A DNA stretch of 64,000 nt from Prochlorococcus sp. AG-355-P16 (lineage in GTDB: Bacteria; Cyanobacteriota; Cyanobacteriia; PCC-6307; Cyanobiaceae). The stretch is taken from the NCBI GenBank assembly GCA_003278525.1, contig QCEQ01000001.1:97934-161933 (forward strand). Direction: 5' to 3'. This document shows, one piece after another, positions 51,381-62,312 of this stretch (its first letter is position 1; the number at the start of each line of letters is the position of its first letter). The notes under the pieces were generated by a model that had not been told where the DNA came from, made no database searches, and saw only the letters and a program-made list of their open reading frames with translations. The position numbers were made by a program, and so were the translations under genes.

Positions 51381-52139
51381 ATGGAAAATTATAAAAATCC
51401 TATCTCACTATTTAAACAAACTAATTTTTCAAAAACTATTTGGTGGAAATTAAAAGTTAATATTTCGGGATATCAAAATGAAACAGAAGATAAATTAGTT
51501 ACTGAAATATTTAAAAATAGAATTTTTAGGCTTATTTATCCAAATATTTATCAAAACAACCATAAATTTTCAAGAATACTAGTTCAACTATATGAAGATG
51601 GTTACATCTGTTGGATAAATTTAGATGGATTAATTATTGAGAAATACGAATTAAAAAAAAATAACAGTTTAGAAAATGAAAACTTCTTTATAAAAGATAA
51701 AGTTAACTCGATTTTAAAATGGATCAAGGATCAATCTAAGTTAAATAATAAATATCTTTGGGGAGGTACATTAGGACCCGATTTTGATTGTTCTGGATTA
51801 ATTCAGACTGCTTTTTTAAAGCATCAAATTTATATACCTCGAGACTCTTTTCAAATAAAAAGTTTTTGTAAGCACCTTTTTTATTACAAAGAATCGTATG
51901 AAGCTCTACGTCCTGGCGATCTTTTATTCTTTGGAAATAAAGAAAAATGTGATCATATTGGAATCTACAAAGAAGACGGATTCTATTACCATAGCTCTGG
52001 AATGGATTTTGGCAGAAATGGAATAGGATTAGATACCCTAAAAAGATCTAATGATAAAATCTCATTGCATTATAAATCTAAACTTATTTCGGCAGGAAGA
52101 GTAGTTAGAAATTATAGATGGGACCGCACTGTACGTTAA
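51381..52139 (+). CDS. NlpC/P60 (C40) cell-wall peptidase
   Basis: YLWGG, DCSGL, PRDS, PGDLLFF and HIGIY; SH3-like N-terminus with EDGYICWI. Confidence 0.9.
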   Translation: MENYKNPISLFKQTNFSKTIWWKLKVNISGYQNETEDKLVTEIFKNRIFRLIYPNIYQNNHKFSRILVQLYEDGYICWINLDGLIIEKYELKKNNSLENENFFIKDKVNSILKWIKDQSKLNNKYLWGGTLGPDFDCSGLIQTAFLKHQIYIPRDSFQIKSFCKHLFYYKESYEALRPGDLLFFGNKEKCDHIGIYKEDGFYYHSSGMDFGRNGIGLDTLKRSNDKISLHYKSKLISAGRVVRNYRWDRTVR

Positions 52140-52203
52140 TTAATAGATCTCACCTTAAAATTTTAAATTAAATTAAAATATTACTTGTTCTTTTATTTAG
52201 AAA

Positions 52204-52803
52204 TTAACCAGCAGTCCAAATATTTTTAATGATTGGCATTATGGTATCTAAGTGTAATGTTCCAACAAGTAACCAAGCAAAAACAGCTCCTCCACATCCT
52301 CCTAACCAAAATCCACTTGTAAAATCAGCCCAACCAGCTCTTGTAAATAAGTCCTTTGGTGGATTATTAACAGTCGCATCTGGTGGTTGAACATTAGGTG
52401 CTTTACCAGGTGCATTGTATAGAACAAAAAGTGCTGTCAAAATATGAACAGCTCCAATAGTAGCGAGAAGTCCAGCTGTTAGAGCAAATTCAGAATTTCT
52501 TAATGGTCCAGTCATGGTAAAAGGTCCGTATAGAAGATATCCAAAAGCTGCTCCAGTTTCTAAACCTCTAAAATTAGGGGAAATACCTTCTCTGTAAAAA
52601 GGTAAATTATTTATAAAGGCTTTTGTAAAATAACCACTATTAACTGGAGTAGCTAAATTACCAACACAAGGATCAGCAACTGTTTTTACTGCCCATTGTT
52701 CTGCTACGCCAATATCATTTGGTTGTACAGAAGTATCTATGTATTTCTCATCAAACTTAATAGAACTTGTTGATTCAGAGAATGATTTTTGAAAGTCGCT
52801 CAT
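52204..52803 (-). CDS. psaL: Photosystem I subunit XI
   Basis: [25 protein letters not shown] and FWLGGCGG; extended N-terminus typical of Prochlorococcus. Confidence 0.96.
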   Translation of the reverse strand: MSDFQKSFSESTSSIKFDEKYIDTSVQPNDIGVAEQWAVKTVADPCVGNLATPVNSGYFTKAFINNLPFYREGISPNFRGLETGAAFGYLLYGPFTMTGPLRNSEFALTAGLLATIGAVHILTALFVLYNAPGKAPNVQPPDATVNNPPKDLFTRAGWADFTSGFWLGGCGGAVFAWLLVGTLHLDTIMPIIKNIWTAG

Positions 52804-52830
52804 TTTTTTAATAATTTAGTGTTTGATAAT

Positions 52831-52944
52831 TTATTCAGTTGCTGTAATTAGTCTTCCAATCAATACGATAAAAACAGCAGGCATTGCTATACCAATTAAT
52901 GGAACAAAAATTGAGGGTAAAAGACTTGGTAAATCAGATGGCAT
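52831..52944 (-). CDS. psaI: Photosystem I subunit VIII (not in ORF track)
   Basis: Manual translation MPSDLPSLLPSIFVPLIGIAMPAVFIVLIGRLITATE; LPSIFVPL motif; directly upstream of psaL. Confidence 0.93.
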   Translation of the reverse strand: MPSDLPSLLPSIFVPLIGIAMPAVFIVLIGRLITATE

Positions 52945-53039
52945 AGTTCTTTAAACATCTTTAAACACTTTAGTATTTATCAGTGAAATAATGTTAATTT
53001 TATTACTGGATGATATAAAAATTATTAACTTTTTACAAG

Positions 53040-53429
53040 TTAAATTTTTTCGCAATTTTACTTATTATTTTTATAGGAATATTACTTCTATTTTTTAAAA
53101 AAAGAAGCTTTAAAAAGTTTATATATCAAATCAATTTAAATTCTGTAAGATTAAAGAAAAATAAAAAAAGTAATAATAAATTTCTATCTAAAAAAAATAG
53201 TTATTTATACAATCACGAAGAAAAAAAGTACTCAGTATTTTATAAAAATTCTCAAAGAAATAAAATGATTAGTCTGTTTCAATTTGATACAGAAAATAAA
53301 TTAAAAGCATTAAAAATTGCGGAAGAATTGGCTGATAAATCAACATTACCAATTTTACGAAAAGGCTTAAGAGATATTTCTCCTGAAGTCGTTGAAATTT
53401 CAGCTTTATTAATAGGACAGTTCAAGTAA
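53040..53429 (+). CDS. Membrane-anchored hypothetical protein with C-terminal HEAT-like repeat; start codon unclear (not in ORF track)
   Basis: Frame open 53019-53429 encodes LNFFAILLIIFIGILLLFFKKR...KLKALKIAEELADKSTLPILRKGLRDISPEVVEISA; the first ATG is only at 53265. Confidence 0.6.
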   Translation, partial: LNFFAILLIIFIGILLLFFKKRSFKKFIYQINLNSVRLKKNKKSNNKFLSKKNSYLYNHEEKKYSVFYKNSQRNKMISLFQFDTENKLKALKIAEELADKSTLPILRKGLRDISPEVVEISALLIGQFK

Positions 53430-53433
53430 ACAA

Positions 53434-54396
53434 TCAATTTTGCTTAGCACTGTTTATTGATCTAATTCTGTAAATTGGACGACTTTGACTTTCATGATAT
53501 GTCCTAATCAAAAGTTCGCTCAATAATCCAAAGCTAAATAATTGAACACCAGCAATTCCTAATATTAACGCAAACATTAGCAACGGACGATTTCCAATAT
53601 CCTCACCCATTATTTTTAAAACTATCAAATAAGAACTTATCGCAAGGCTAAAGAAAATACTTATAATTCCAACAAAACCAAATCCATACATCGGTCTTGT
53701 TAAAAATTTAGTCATAAACCAAACAGTTAGTAAATCCATTAAAACTCTAAAAGTCCTATCAATTCCATATTTACTAGATCCATATTGCCTACTCCTATGA
53801 TTTACTTTAATTTCTTTGATTCTTGCACCTTCAATATTTGCCAAAACGGGCAAAAACCTGTGAAGTTCCCCATATAACTTTATATCTTCTATTATTTCTT
53901 TCTTAAACGCTTTTAATGAGCAGCCATAGTCATGCAACTTCAAACCTGTTACGTGAGCTATTAACTTATTCGCTATTTTTGATGGTATTTTTCTATTAAT
54001 TAATTTATCTTTTCTATCAAACCTCCAACCACAAATCAAATCATAACCATTATTAATTTCTGAAATTAATAATGGAATATCATTTGGATCATTCTGTAAA
54101 TCACCATCCAAAGTAATAACAATATCGCCCTTAGAATTATCAAAGCCAGCTGACATTGCTGCAGTTTGACCATAATTTTTGCGAAGGGAAATTACTGACA
54201 ATTCTTTAATTTTGAGAGTTAGTTGCTTTAATACTTGATGCGTATTATCTTTAGAACCATCATTTACTACAATCAATTCAAAATTAAATTTATGAGATGA
54301 CATTACATTCATAACTTCATCCAATAAAAGACCAATACTCTCGCTTTCATTGAAAACAGGGACGATAATGGAAATTAATTGTTTTATATCTGACAT
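53434..54396 (-). CDS. GT2 glycosyltransferase (ArnC/GtrB-like polyprenol-phosphate glycosyltransferase)
   Basis: IVPVFNE, VNDGSKD, NYGQTAA, LDGDLQNDP and HRFLP; two C-terminal TM helices. Confidence 0.9.
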   Translation of the reverse strand: MSDIKQLISIIVPVFNESESIGLLLDEVMNVMSSHKFNFELIVVNDGSKDNTHQVLKQLTLKIKELSVISLRKNYGQTAAMSAGFDNSKGDIVITLDGDLQNDPNDIPLLISEINNGYDLICGWRFDRKDKLINRKIPSKIANKLIAHVTGLKLHDYGCSLKAFKKEIIEDIKLYGELHRFLPVLANIEGARIKEIKVNHRSRQYGSSKYGIDRTFRVLMDLLTVWFMTKFLTRPMYGFGFVGIISIFFSLAISSYLIVLKIMGEDIGNRPLLMFALILGIAGVQLFSFGLLSELLIRTYHESQSRPIYRIRSINSAKQN

Positions 54397-54452
54397 TTAT
54401 ATTTAATAATAATTACACAATTTTAGCTTAATTTATAACATTAAAATTAAAC

Positions 54453-54481
54453 AAAAAAAATCACCACTAACGTGGTGATTT
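54453..54481 (-). terminator. Intrinsic terminator of psaAB
   Basis: Minus-strand AAATCACCAC-GTTA-GTGGTGATTT stem-loop running into a U8 tract, 18 nt after the psaB stop. Confidence 0.85.
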
Positions 54482-54499
54482 AAATTATTTAAGGGAAAT

Positions 54500-56728
54500 T
54501 TAACCAAACTTACCTGAAGTGGATGCGATAACAAATGCCCCAAATGTAAGTATGTTTCCAATCGTGAAATGTGCTAGTCCAACTAATCTAGCTTGCACAA
54601 TTGAAAGTGCAACTGGCTTATCTCTCCAGCCAACAAGGTTGGCAATTGGAGTACGCTGATGTGCCCAAACTAATGTTTCAATTAACTCTTGCCAGTAACC
54701 ACGCCATGATATTAGGAACATGAAACCAGTAGCCCAAACTAAGTGACCGAATAGGAACATCCAAGCCCAAGGAGATAGAGAATTTACTCCAAATGGATTA
54801 TATCCATTAATAAGTTGAGCAGAGTTTAACCAGAGATAATCTCTGAACCAACCCATTAGATAAGTTCCTGATTCATTAAATTGTGCTACATTACCCTGCC
54901 AAATTGCTAGGTGTTTCCAGTGCCAGTAGAAAGTTACCCATGCTATTAAATTTAATGCCCAGAACATAGCTAAGTACATAGCGTCCCAAGAAGAACTATC
55001 ACAAGTACCTCCACGTCCAGGTCCATCGCAAGGGAATGCATAACCTAAATCTTTCTTGTCAGGAATTAATTTTGTTCCTCTAGCATCAAGTGCGCCTTTA
55101 ATGAGAATTAAAGCAGTTGTATGAAGACCTAAAGCAATAGCATGGTGAACTAAGAAATCTGCAGGACCAATTGGTAAGAATGCACTTAATGCATCTTGTC
55201 TATTAATAAGATCCATCCAGTAATGATTACCTGGCAATGAATTAGCTGCTAGGCTTGCTGAGCTTGTAGGATCAGACAATAAAGCGTTAAAGCCGTACAT
55301 CATCTTACCTTGAGCAGCTTGCACGAATTGAGCAAATACTGGCTCAATTAGAATTTGCTTTTCAGGATTACCAAAAGCCACAACAACATCGTTATGAACA
55401 TAAATTCCAAGAGTATGGAATCCCAGCAACATTGTTACCCAACTAAGGTGACTTATCAAAGCTTCCTTCGTTCCAAGCACTCTTGCTAATACGTTATCTT
55501 TGTTTAATTCTGGATCGTAATCTCTAACAAAGAAAATAGCACCGTGTGCGAAAGCACCAACCATCAAGAACATTGCTATGTACTGATGATGACTGTATAA
55601 AGCAGATTGCGTAGTGTAGTCCCTTGCAATGAAGGCATATGAAGGAAGTGCACCCATATGTTGAGCAACAAGAGAAGTAGCTACACCAAGTGAAGCTAAT
55701 GCTAGTCCTAGTTGGAAATGTAATGAATTATTTACAGTTTCATATATTCCATCGTGGTTAATACCGAAACTACCTTTATGAGGATCATTAGGGTGTCTTG
55801 TATTATGAGCTTCTGTAATTTCTTTGAGGCTATGACCAATACCAAAGGTATTTCTATACATGTGACCAGCAATTACAAAAACTGTTCCAATCGCTATATG
55901 ATGATGAGCAATATCAGTAAGCCATAATGCTTCACTTTGAGGATGAAGACCACCTAAGAAAGTAAAGATTGCTGTACCAGCTCCCTCAGCTGTTCCAAAT
56001 ACTTGATCTAGTGAATCAGGATTTTGAGCATATGCACCCCAGTTTAAGGTAAAGAAAGGGGCTAATCCTGCAGGGTGTGGAAGAACTGTTAACCAGTTAT
56101 CCCAACCCACATGCTGTCCTCTTGATTCAGGTATAGCAACATGAACCAAATGACCTGTCCAAGCAATACTACTAAAACCAAATAAAACAGCTAAATGATG
56201 ATTTAATCTTGATTCTGCATTTTTGAACCAAGCTAGAGAAGGTCTGAATTTTGGCTGTAAGTGTAACCAACCTGCAAATAGAGTCCAACAAGCCAAAATA
56301 CTCATGAATATTGAAGCTTGGAAGAGTTGCTCATTAGTTCTCATTCCAATTGTGTACCACCAATGGTAAAGACCTGAGTAAGCTATGTTTACTGGACCAC
56401 TAGCTCCAGCTTGTGTCATTGCTTCTGTGATACCAGATCCAAAATGTGGATCCCAAATAGCATGAGCAATAGGACGAACGTGAGTTGGATCAAGTACAAA
56501 CTGCTCGAAGTTACCTTGCCAAGCAATATGAAATAAGTTACCAGCTACCCATAGTGCGATTATTGCAAGATGACCAAAATGTGTAGAGAAAAGCTTCTGA
56601 TAAAGCTTTTCTTCGGTCATACCATCATGACTTTCAAAGTCGTGAGCGGTAGCTATTCCGTACCATATTCGTCGGGTTGTAGGGTCCTGAGCTAGACCCT
56701 GGTTAAATGATGGAAATTTTGTTGCCAT
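54500..56728 (-). CDS. psaB: Photosystem I P700 apoprotein A2
   Basis: [20 protein letters not shown] (FX) and [11 protein letters not shown]. Confidence 0.99.
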   Translation of the reverse strand: MATKFPSFNQGLAQDPTTRRIWYGIATAHDFESHDGMTEEKLYQKLFSTHFGHLAIIALWVAGNLFHIAWQGNFEQFVLDPTHVRPIAHAIWDPHFGSGITEAMTQAGASGPVNIAYSGLYHWWYTIGMRTNEQLFQASIFMSILACWTLFAGWLHLQPKFRPSLAWFKNAESRLNHHLAVLFGFSSIAWTGHLVHVAIPESRGQHVGWDNWLTVLPHPAGLAPFFTLNWGAYAQNPDSLDQVFGTAEGAGTAIFTFLGGLHPQSEALWLTDIAHHHIAIGTVFVIAGHMYRNTFGIGHSLKEITEAHNTRHPNDPHKGSFGINHDGIYETVNNSLHFQLGLALASLGVATSLVAQHMGALPSYAFIARDYTTQSALYSHHQYIAMFLMVGAFAHGAIFFVRDYDPELNKDNVLARVLGTKEALISHLSWVTMLLGFHTLGIYVHNDVVVAFGNPEKQILIEPVFAQFVQAAQGKMMYGFNALLSDPTSSASLAANSLPGNHYWMDLINRQDALSAFLPIGPADFLVHHAIALGLHTTALILIKGALDARGTKLIPDKKDLGYAFPCDGPGRGGTCDSSSWDAMYLAMFWALNLIAWVTFYWHWKHLAIWQGNVAQFNESGTYLMGWFRDYLWLNSAQLINGYNPFGVNSLSPWAWMFLFGHLVWATGFMFLISWRGYWQELIETLVWAHQRTPIANLVGWRDKPVALSIVQARLVGLAHFTIGNILTFGAFVIASTSGKFG

Positions 56729-56755
56729 TGAATTAAAAAGGTGAAGTTCAGGTAA

Positions 56756-59059
56756 TTAGCCCAGGCCGAAAAGGCGAGCATGGAAGAAGGCCCATGTGGT
56801 AGCAATACCACCGACAAGGAAGTGTGTTACACCTACTGCTCTACCCTGGGTAATAGATAAAGCTCTTGGTTGAATAGTTGGAGCAACTTTAAGTTTGTTA
56901 TGTGCCCAAACAATTGATTCGAATAATTCTTGCCAATATCCCCTTCCACTAAAGAGGAACATTAAGCTGAATGCCCATATGAAGTGAGCTCCTAAGAACA
57001 TCAAACCGTACATGCTTATTGATTGACCATAACTTGTTAATACTTGAGAAGCTTGCGCCCAGAGGAAATCTCTTAACCAACCATTAATAGTAATGGAACT
57101 TTGTGCGAAGTTACCACCAGTAAGTCCCCAAACATCACTCTGCATTTTCCAAGAGAAGTGGAAAATTACTATTGATAAACAGTTATACATCCAGAAAAGG
57201 GCTAAGAATACGTGGTCCCATGAAGAAACTTGACATGTACCTCCTCTTCCGGGTCCATCACAAGGGAATCTAAATCCTAAAGAAGCTTTATCAGGGATCA
57301 ATCTTGAACTTCTTGCATAAAGTACTCCTTTGAGAAGTATCAAAACAGTTACGTGAATTTGGAAAGCATGAATATGATGAATCATTAAATCAGCTGTACC
57401 TAATGGAATTGGAGCAATAGCAACCTTTCCACCCACTTCCACTAAACTACCATTAAAAACTTCACTTATAGCTTTGTGAGGTAAAGCTTCAGCAGTACCT
57501 GCTAAAAGAGAAGTTCCAACCGCAGATGCTTGAATACTCTGTACCCATTGAGCAAAAATTGGCTGAAGTTGAATTGCAGAATCACTAAACATATCTTGAG
57601 GTCTACCCAAAGCCCTCATAGTATCGTTGTGAATATAAAGTCCAAAGCTATGGAATCCTAACCACATACATACCCAGTTCAAGTGACTGATTAATGCATC
57701 TCTTGCTTTAAGAATTCTGTCTAATACATTATCAATATGTTTTGCTGGATCATAATCTCTAACCATTGCAATTCCAGCATGGGCTCCTGCACCTACTATG
57801 AATAATCCACCTATCCACATGTGATGAGTAAATAATCCAAGAACTGTCATATAGTCAGTAGCTATATATGGATATGGAGGCATCGCATACATATGATGAG
57901 ATACAAGTATGCTTATTGATCCAAGCATTGCTAGGTTTACTGCAAGCTGGGCATGTCTACTTTCTGCCATGAACTCAAAAAGACCTTGGTGACCTTTAGG
58001 AGCAGGAAATAATATTGGGTCTCCTTGCTGTGAATCTAATATTTCTTTCATACTATGACCAATCCCGTAATTGGTCCTATACATATGACCACCAATGATT
58101 GCTATTACACCAAAAGCTAAGTGATGATGTGAAACATCAGTCATCCATAAACTACCTGTCACAGGGTTAAGTCCACCTTTGAAGGTAAGGAAATCTGAGA
58201 AAGCTAACCAGTTTAAACTAAAGAAATTACCTGTGCCACTTGCTAATCCTGGAAATATCTGACCAATGATTTGTGGATCACAGAGTTGATGCGGCATAGG
58301 CATATCTGCAATAGTTGCTATTTCTTTACCATTGATTACTAAAGGAGATCCTGCATCAATTGCATCTAATAGAGCTGCAGTAGGAGCTCCGATATGAATA
58401 CAATGACCAGCCCATGCTAAAGATCCTAATCCTACTAAACCAGCTATATGGTGGTTAAGCATTGACTCAATATCTTGGAACCACTCCATTTTCGGAGCTG
58501 CTTTGTGATAATGAAAGATTCCGGCATGAAGCATAAGTGCAGCCATTACTACAGCACCTATTGCTAAAGCCATCAGTTCACTTTCATTAGTTATTCCCCA
58601 TGCTCGCCACATGTGAAAAATTCCTGAACTTATTTGAATTCCGTTGTAGTTTGCTCCAAGATCAGCATTCAGCATTTCTTGGCCAACTATTGCCCAAACT
58701 TGTTGAGCACCAGGTTTAACGTGAGTTGGGTCAGCTAACCAACCTGAATAATTAGAAAATCTTGCTCCATGGAAAAATGCTGCACTCATCCATATAAAAA
58801 TGACTGCAAGATGTCCAAAATGAGCTGAAAAGATTTTTCTTGTTGCTTCTTCAGCATCGCCTGTATGCACATCAAAATCATGTGCATCAGCATGCAAATT
58901 CCAGATCCAAGTTGTAGTTTTTGGACCCTTAGATAATTTACTTGACCAGAAACCTGGCTTATCTAATTTGGCAAAATCAATAGGTCTTGGATCGGCCTTT
59001 ACAGGATCTTCCAAAACTTTTTTGTTTTTTTCTCCACTTTCTGGTGGGCTGATGGTCAT
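56756..59059 (-). CDS. psaA: Photosystem I P700 apoprotein A1
   Basis: [29 protein letters not shown] and SGRGYWQEL. Confidence 0.99.
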   Translation of the reverse strand: MTISPPESGEKNKKVLEDPVKADPRPIDFAKLDKPGFWSSKLSKGPKTTTWIWNLHADAHDFDVHTGDAEEATRKIFSAHFGHLAVIFIWMSAAFFHGARFSNYSGWLADPTHVKPGAQQVWAIVGQEMLNADLGANYNGIQISSGIFHMWRAWGITNESELMALAIGAVVMAALMLHAGIFHYHKAAPKMEWFQDIESMLNHHIAGLVGLGSLAWAGHCIHIGAPTAALLDAIDAGSPLVINGKEIATIADMPMPHQLCDPQIIGQIFPGLASGTGNFFSLNWLAFSDFLTFKGGLNPVTGSLWMTDVSHHHLAFGVIAIIGGHMYRTNYGIGHSMKEILDSQQGDPILFPAPKGHQGLFEFMAESRHAQLAVNLAMLGSISILVSHHMYAMPPYPYIATDYMTVLGLFTHHMWIGGLFIVGAGAHAGIAMVRDYDPAKHIDNVLDRILKARDALISHLNWVCMWLGFHSFGLYIHNDTMRALGRPQDMFSDSAIQLQPIFAQWVQSIQASAVGTSLLAGTAEALPHKAISEVFNGSLVEVGGKVAIAPIPLGTADLMIHHIHAFQIHVTVLILLKGVLYARSSRLIPDKASLGFRFPCDGPGRGGTCQVSSWDHVFLALFWMYNCLSIVIFHFSWKMQSDVWGLTGGNFAQSSITINGWLRDFLWAQASQVLTSYGQSISMYGLMFLGAHFIWAFSLMFLFSGRGYWQELFESIVWAHNKLKVAPTIQPRALSITQGRAVGVTHFLVGGIATTWAFFHARLFGLG

Positions 59060-59170
59060 CTAGCACCTCGAAAATAATTGACATTAAAGCCGATTGATCG
59101 GATCTCGAACACATTTATAATGATAATGTTCAAGAAAACGAATCCCTCGGAAACTTTAGATATTCGTTTC
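59060..59170 (-). ncRNA. Structured psaA 5' leader (probable cyanobacterial psaA RNA motif)
   Basis: Three consecutive inverted repeats (CCGAT/ATCGG at 59090-59101; GAACA/TGTTC at 59107-59131; AAACGAAT/ATTCGTTT at 59136-59169) plus an SD-like GAGGTG. A psaA 5'-UTR RNA motif is known in cyanobacteria; identity is not confirmed. Confidence 0.55.
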
Positions 59171-59394
59171 AAAAATAATAAGGCAAAGATTCTTTCGTTA
59201 TGCATTAACGTAACAAATGTTCTAATGATTGTTACTATATGAATATTTTGTTAAATTCTTGTATATGACTAGACTATGAGTATTTTTACTCAAATTTTTC
59301 ATAAATATCTTAAATTTTTTTTTATATTTCAAAGAAAATTTTTTAAATCCAGCAACAGGATATAATTTCAACATAACTATCAATAGTTTCTGAT

Positions 59395-61197
59395 TTGAAA
59401 GGAATTGCTATAGGTCTATCTAATAATTCAAAAGAAATTTTAAAAAGGCTTAAAAAAACAGAATTTGTCAAGGAAATATATATTGCAGGTTCTTCAAAAG
59501 AGGATGGTAAGGAAAATGAACTTATTCAAGTACAAAAACCTAAAGAAATCTTACTTAAAAAATGGCCAGAGATAGATTTAATAATTTTTATAGGCTCCAT
59601 CGCTGCATCAATACGCATAATAAATTCTTTTTTAACCTCAAAAGATAAAGATCCTGGTGTAATAGTTATGGATAACAAATGTTCCAAGATAGTTCCTTTA
59701 ATTGGTTTGCATCAGTCAAATACGCAAAATATTGCATGTCAAATTGCTAATTTACTTGGTGGCGAAATAATAGAAACTAATAATTCCAATGATCAAAGCT
59801 TCTTAAATCTTGATTCATTTGGGAATCAATGGGGTTGGCAAAGATCTGGCAACATAAAGGATTGGTCAAAACTAGTAATTAAACAAGCAAAAAACGAAAA
59901 AATATTTTGCAAACAATTATTTGGTAATAGCTTATGGAAAAATTCAGAATCAGGAGAGATTATTAATCAAAGTAATGAAAAAGAAATTGAAAAACAAGAT
60001 GCAACTTTTCATGTGAGTATATTCGAAAATCATGAAACTACTTGGCACCCGCCGGTATTATGGATTGGCATTGGATGTGAGAGAAATACAAGCAAAGACT
60101 TAATAGCAAATTCTTTAAATAATTTTTTTGAGTCATGCAATTTATCACAGAAATCAATTGCGGGATTTGCAAGTATTGATATTAAAAATAATGAGAAAGG
60201 AATTTTAGAACTTGTTAAAGAAAAAAACTTGCCTATAAAGTTTTTTAGTAAAGAAGATCTTTCAAAAATAATTGTTCCAAATCCATCAAATGTTGTACAA
60301 AATGAAATTGGAACCCCTTCAGTAGCAGAAGCTTCTTGCTTACTCGCAGCAGGAGAAGAATCAAAATTATTAGAAGAAAAAAGAATTTTTAAAAATCAAT
60401 CTGGTGCAGTAACTATCGCTGTAGCCGAATCAAAAAATCAATATAATCCAAACCATGGCGAAATCCATATTATTGGAAGTGGGCCTGGTGATATCTCCTT
60501 CCTAACCAATAATGCAAGAAAGGCACTTTCAAGATGTACTGTTTGGATTGGATACAAAATGTATTTAGATTTAATAAAACCCATAAAAAGGAATGATCAG
60601 GTTTTAATTGAAAGCAAACTGACTGAAGAAAAAGAGAGATGCAGCAAAGCAATTAAACTAGCTGAGGAAGGTATAAAAGTGGCTTTAATCTCTTCAGGTG
60701 AATCTGGATTTTATGGAATGGCAGGTTTACTTTTAGAGTTACTTCAAAAAATCAAAAAAGAATATAGACCTTACTTTGAAGTACATCCAGGTATAAGTAG
60801 TGTTCAATTAGCTGCTGCGATTAGTGGAGCACCACTAATGAACGACTTTTGTTCAGTAAGCTTAAGCGATAAATTAACTCCATGGTCTTTAATAGAAAAA
60901 AAAATTGAAGGAGCTCTTCTGGGTGATTTTGTAATAGCTTTATTTAATCCTCAATCCATTGAAAGAAATTGGCAGCTAAAAAGTGTAATAGATATATGTT
61001 TAAAATCTAGGCATGGTGATACTCCAGTTTTAATAGCTAGACAAGTAGGGCGAGACAATCAAACCAAAAAATTTATTACTTTAAATACCATTCCTTTTAA
61101 AGAGATTGATATGTTATCAATCATTATTATTGGCAATTCTCAGACAACCTTGGTTGACGAAATATTTCTCACGCCCAGAGGATATTTAAAAAATTAA
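59395..61197 (+). CDS. cobJ: CbiG-CobJ/CbiH fusion (cobalamin biosynthesis; precorrin-3B C17-methyltransferase)
   Basis: N-terminal CbiG (KDKDPGVIV, WIGIGCER, SVAEAS); C-terminal tetrapyrrole methylase (IIGSGPG, HPGIS, SLSDKLTPW, TPRGY). Confidence 0.92.
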   Translation: MKGIAIGLSNNSKEILKRLKKTEFVKEIYIAGSSKEDGKENELIQVQKPKEILLKKWPEIDLIIFIGSIAASIRIINSFLTSKDKDPGVIVMDNKCSKIVPLIGLHQSNTQNIACQIANLLGGEIIETNNSNDQSFLNLDSFGNQWGWQRSGNIKDWSKLVIKQAKNEKIFCKQLFGNSLWKNSESGEIINQSNEKEIEKQDATFHVSIFENHETTWHPPVLWIGIGCERNTSKDLIANSLNNFFESCNLSQKSIAGFASIDIKNNEKGILELVKEKNLPIKFFSKEDLSKIIVPNPSNVVQNEIGTPSVAEASCLLAAGEESKLLEEKRIFKNQSGAVTIAVAESKNQYNPNHGEIHIIGSGPGDISFLTNNARKALSRCTVWIGYKMYLDLIKPIKRNDQVLIESKLTEEKERCSKAIKLAEEGIKVALISSGESGFYGMAGLLLELLQKIKKEYRPYFEVHPGISSVQLAAAISGAPLMNDFCSVSLSDKLTPWSLIEKKIEGALLGDFVIALFNPQSIERNWQLKSVIDICLKSRHGDTPVLIARQVGRDNQTKKFITLNTIPFKEIDMLSIIIIGNSQTTLVDEIFLTPRGYLKN

Positions 61198-61292
61198 GTT
61201 TAGATAATCCATAATTTTTAAATAGAATGTTTTTCTTTGCTTTTTCTTTATAAGAATACTAATCTTTTATAATAGTGATTTAAGAAAATTAA

Positions 61293-62081
61293 TTGAAAAA
61301 TATTGGTTTAATTTTGTTTGACATTGATGGGGTAATCCGCAGCGTAGAAAATAGTTACAGACTTTCATTAAAAAAAACAGTTTACAAATTTTCCGGATGG
61401 GAGCCGAGTTATATAGATATTGATAATGCAAAAAATGAAGGGATCTGGAATAATGACTGGGATTTAAGTTTAGAACTTATAAAAAGATGTATAAAAAAAG
61501 AGAACTTAAACCTTAAAATTCCTCCAAGAGAGGAGATAGTAAAGAGTTTTGAAGAGTTTTACTTTGGTGGAGATCCAAATAAAGATAGTAAATACTGGTC
61601 TGGTTACATTACAAATGAGGAGTTATTAGTTGATAAAAAGTTTTTTGATTTAATTCAAGGTAATGGAATAATCTGGGGTTTTGTTAGTGGTGCAGAGTCT
61701 GCTTCTGCAAAATTTGTTTTAGAAAAAAGACTTGGACTAAAATCACCACCATTAATATCTATGGGAGATGCCCCTGATAAGCCTGATCCTAAAGGTTTTA
61801 TTAACTTATCAAAAAAGCTTATTGGAGATAAACTTGGCGAATCAAATATACCTATTGCATATGTAGGAGATACTATTGCAGATATAAATACAGTTATAAA
61901 CGCTAGAAAGGAAATACCATCTCAGAAATTCATAAGTATCGGAATAGCTCCCCCTCATTTACATTTAAATTCTCGCCTAAAAGAACGTAATTCTTACGAA
62001 ACAAATCTCAGAGATGCAGGCGCTGACTTGATTTTAAATTCTATTTATGAACTTAAAGATATTAATCTTGACTTGTTTTAA
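61293..62081 (+). CDS. HAD-superfamily hydrolase (TIGR01548-like)
   Basis: FDIDGV (DxDGV), WNNDW, KPDP and YVGDTIAD. Confidence 0.88.
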   Translation: MKNIGLILFDIDGVIRSVENSYRLSLKKTVYKFSGWEPSYIDIDNAKNEGIWNNDWDLSLELIKRCIKKENLNLKIPPREEIVKSFEEFYFGGDPNKDSKYWSGYITNEELLVDKKFFDLIQGNGIIWGFVSGAESASAKFVLEKRLGLKSPPLISMGDAPDKPDPKGFINLSKKLIGDKLGESNIPIAYVGDTIADINTVINARKEIPSQKFISIGIAPPHLHLNSRLKERNSYETNLRDAGADLILNSIYELKDINLDLF

Positions 62082-62312
62082 AACAAAGCTTAATTAAAAT
62101 TTTTTATTTTCTTACAACCTCAGGCAAAAGATTGGGACGGAGAGAGAATTATTGGGATTCAGTTCTAAAAGCACGATATAGCATAGAATAACACCTGTTC
62201 AGGAGATGAAATGGGTATTCTCCAGAACAAGAATTAAATTACAAATTTAATATTCAATTAGGTTTCATTAATTAGATAGAAGTAGGATTGAGCGAATTAA
62301 CTATCTATAAAG

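Noticed and set aside
59210-59223. GTAACAAATGTTCT as an NtcA site
   Set aside because: The right half is TCT rather than TAC of GTA-N8-TAC.
59395-61197. CbiG-CobJ fusion as novel
   Set aside because: This fusion is already known in cyanobacteria.
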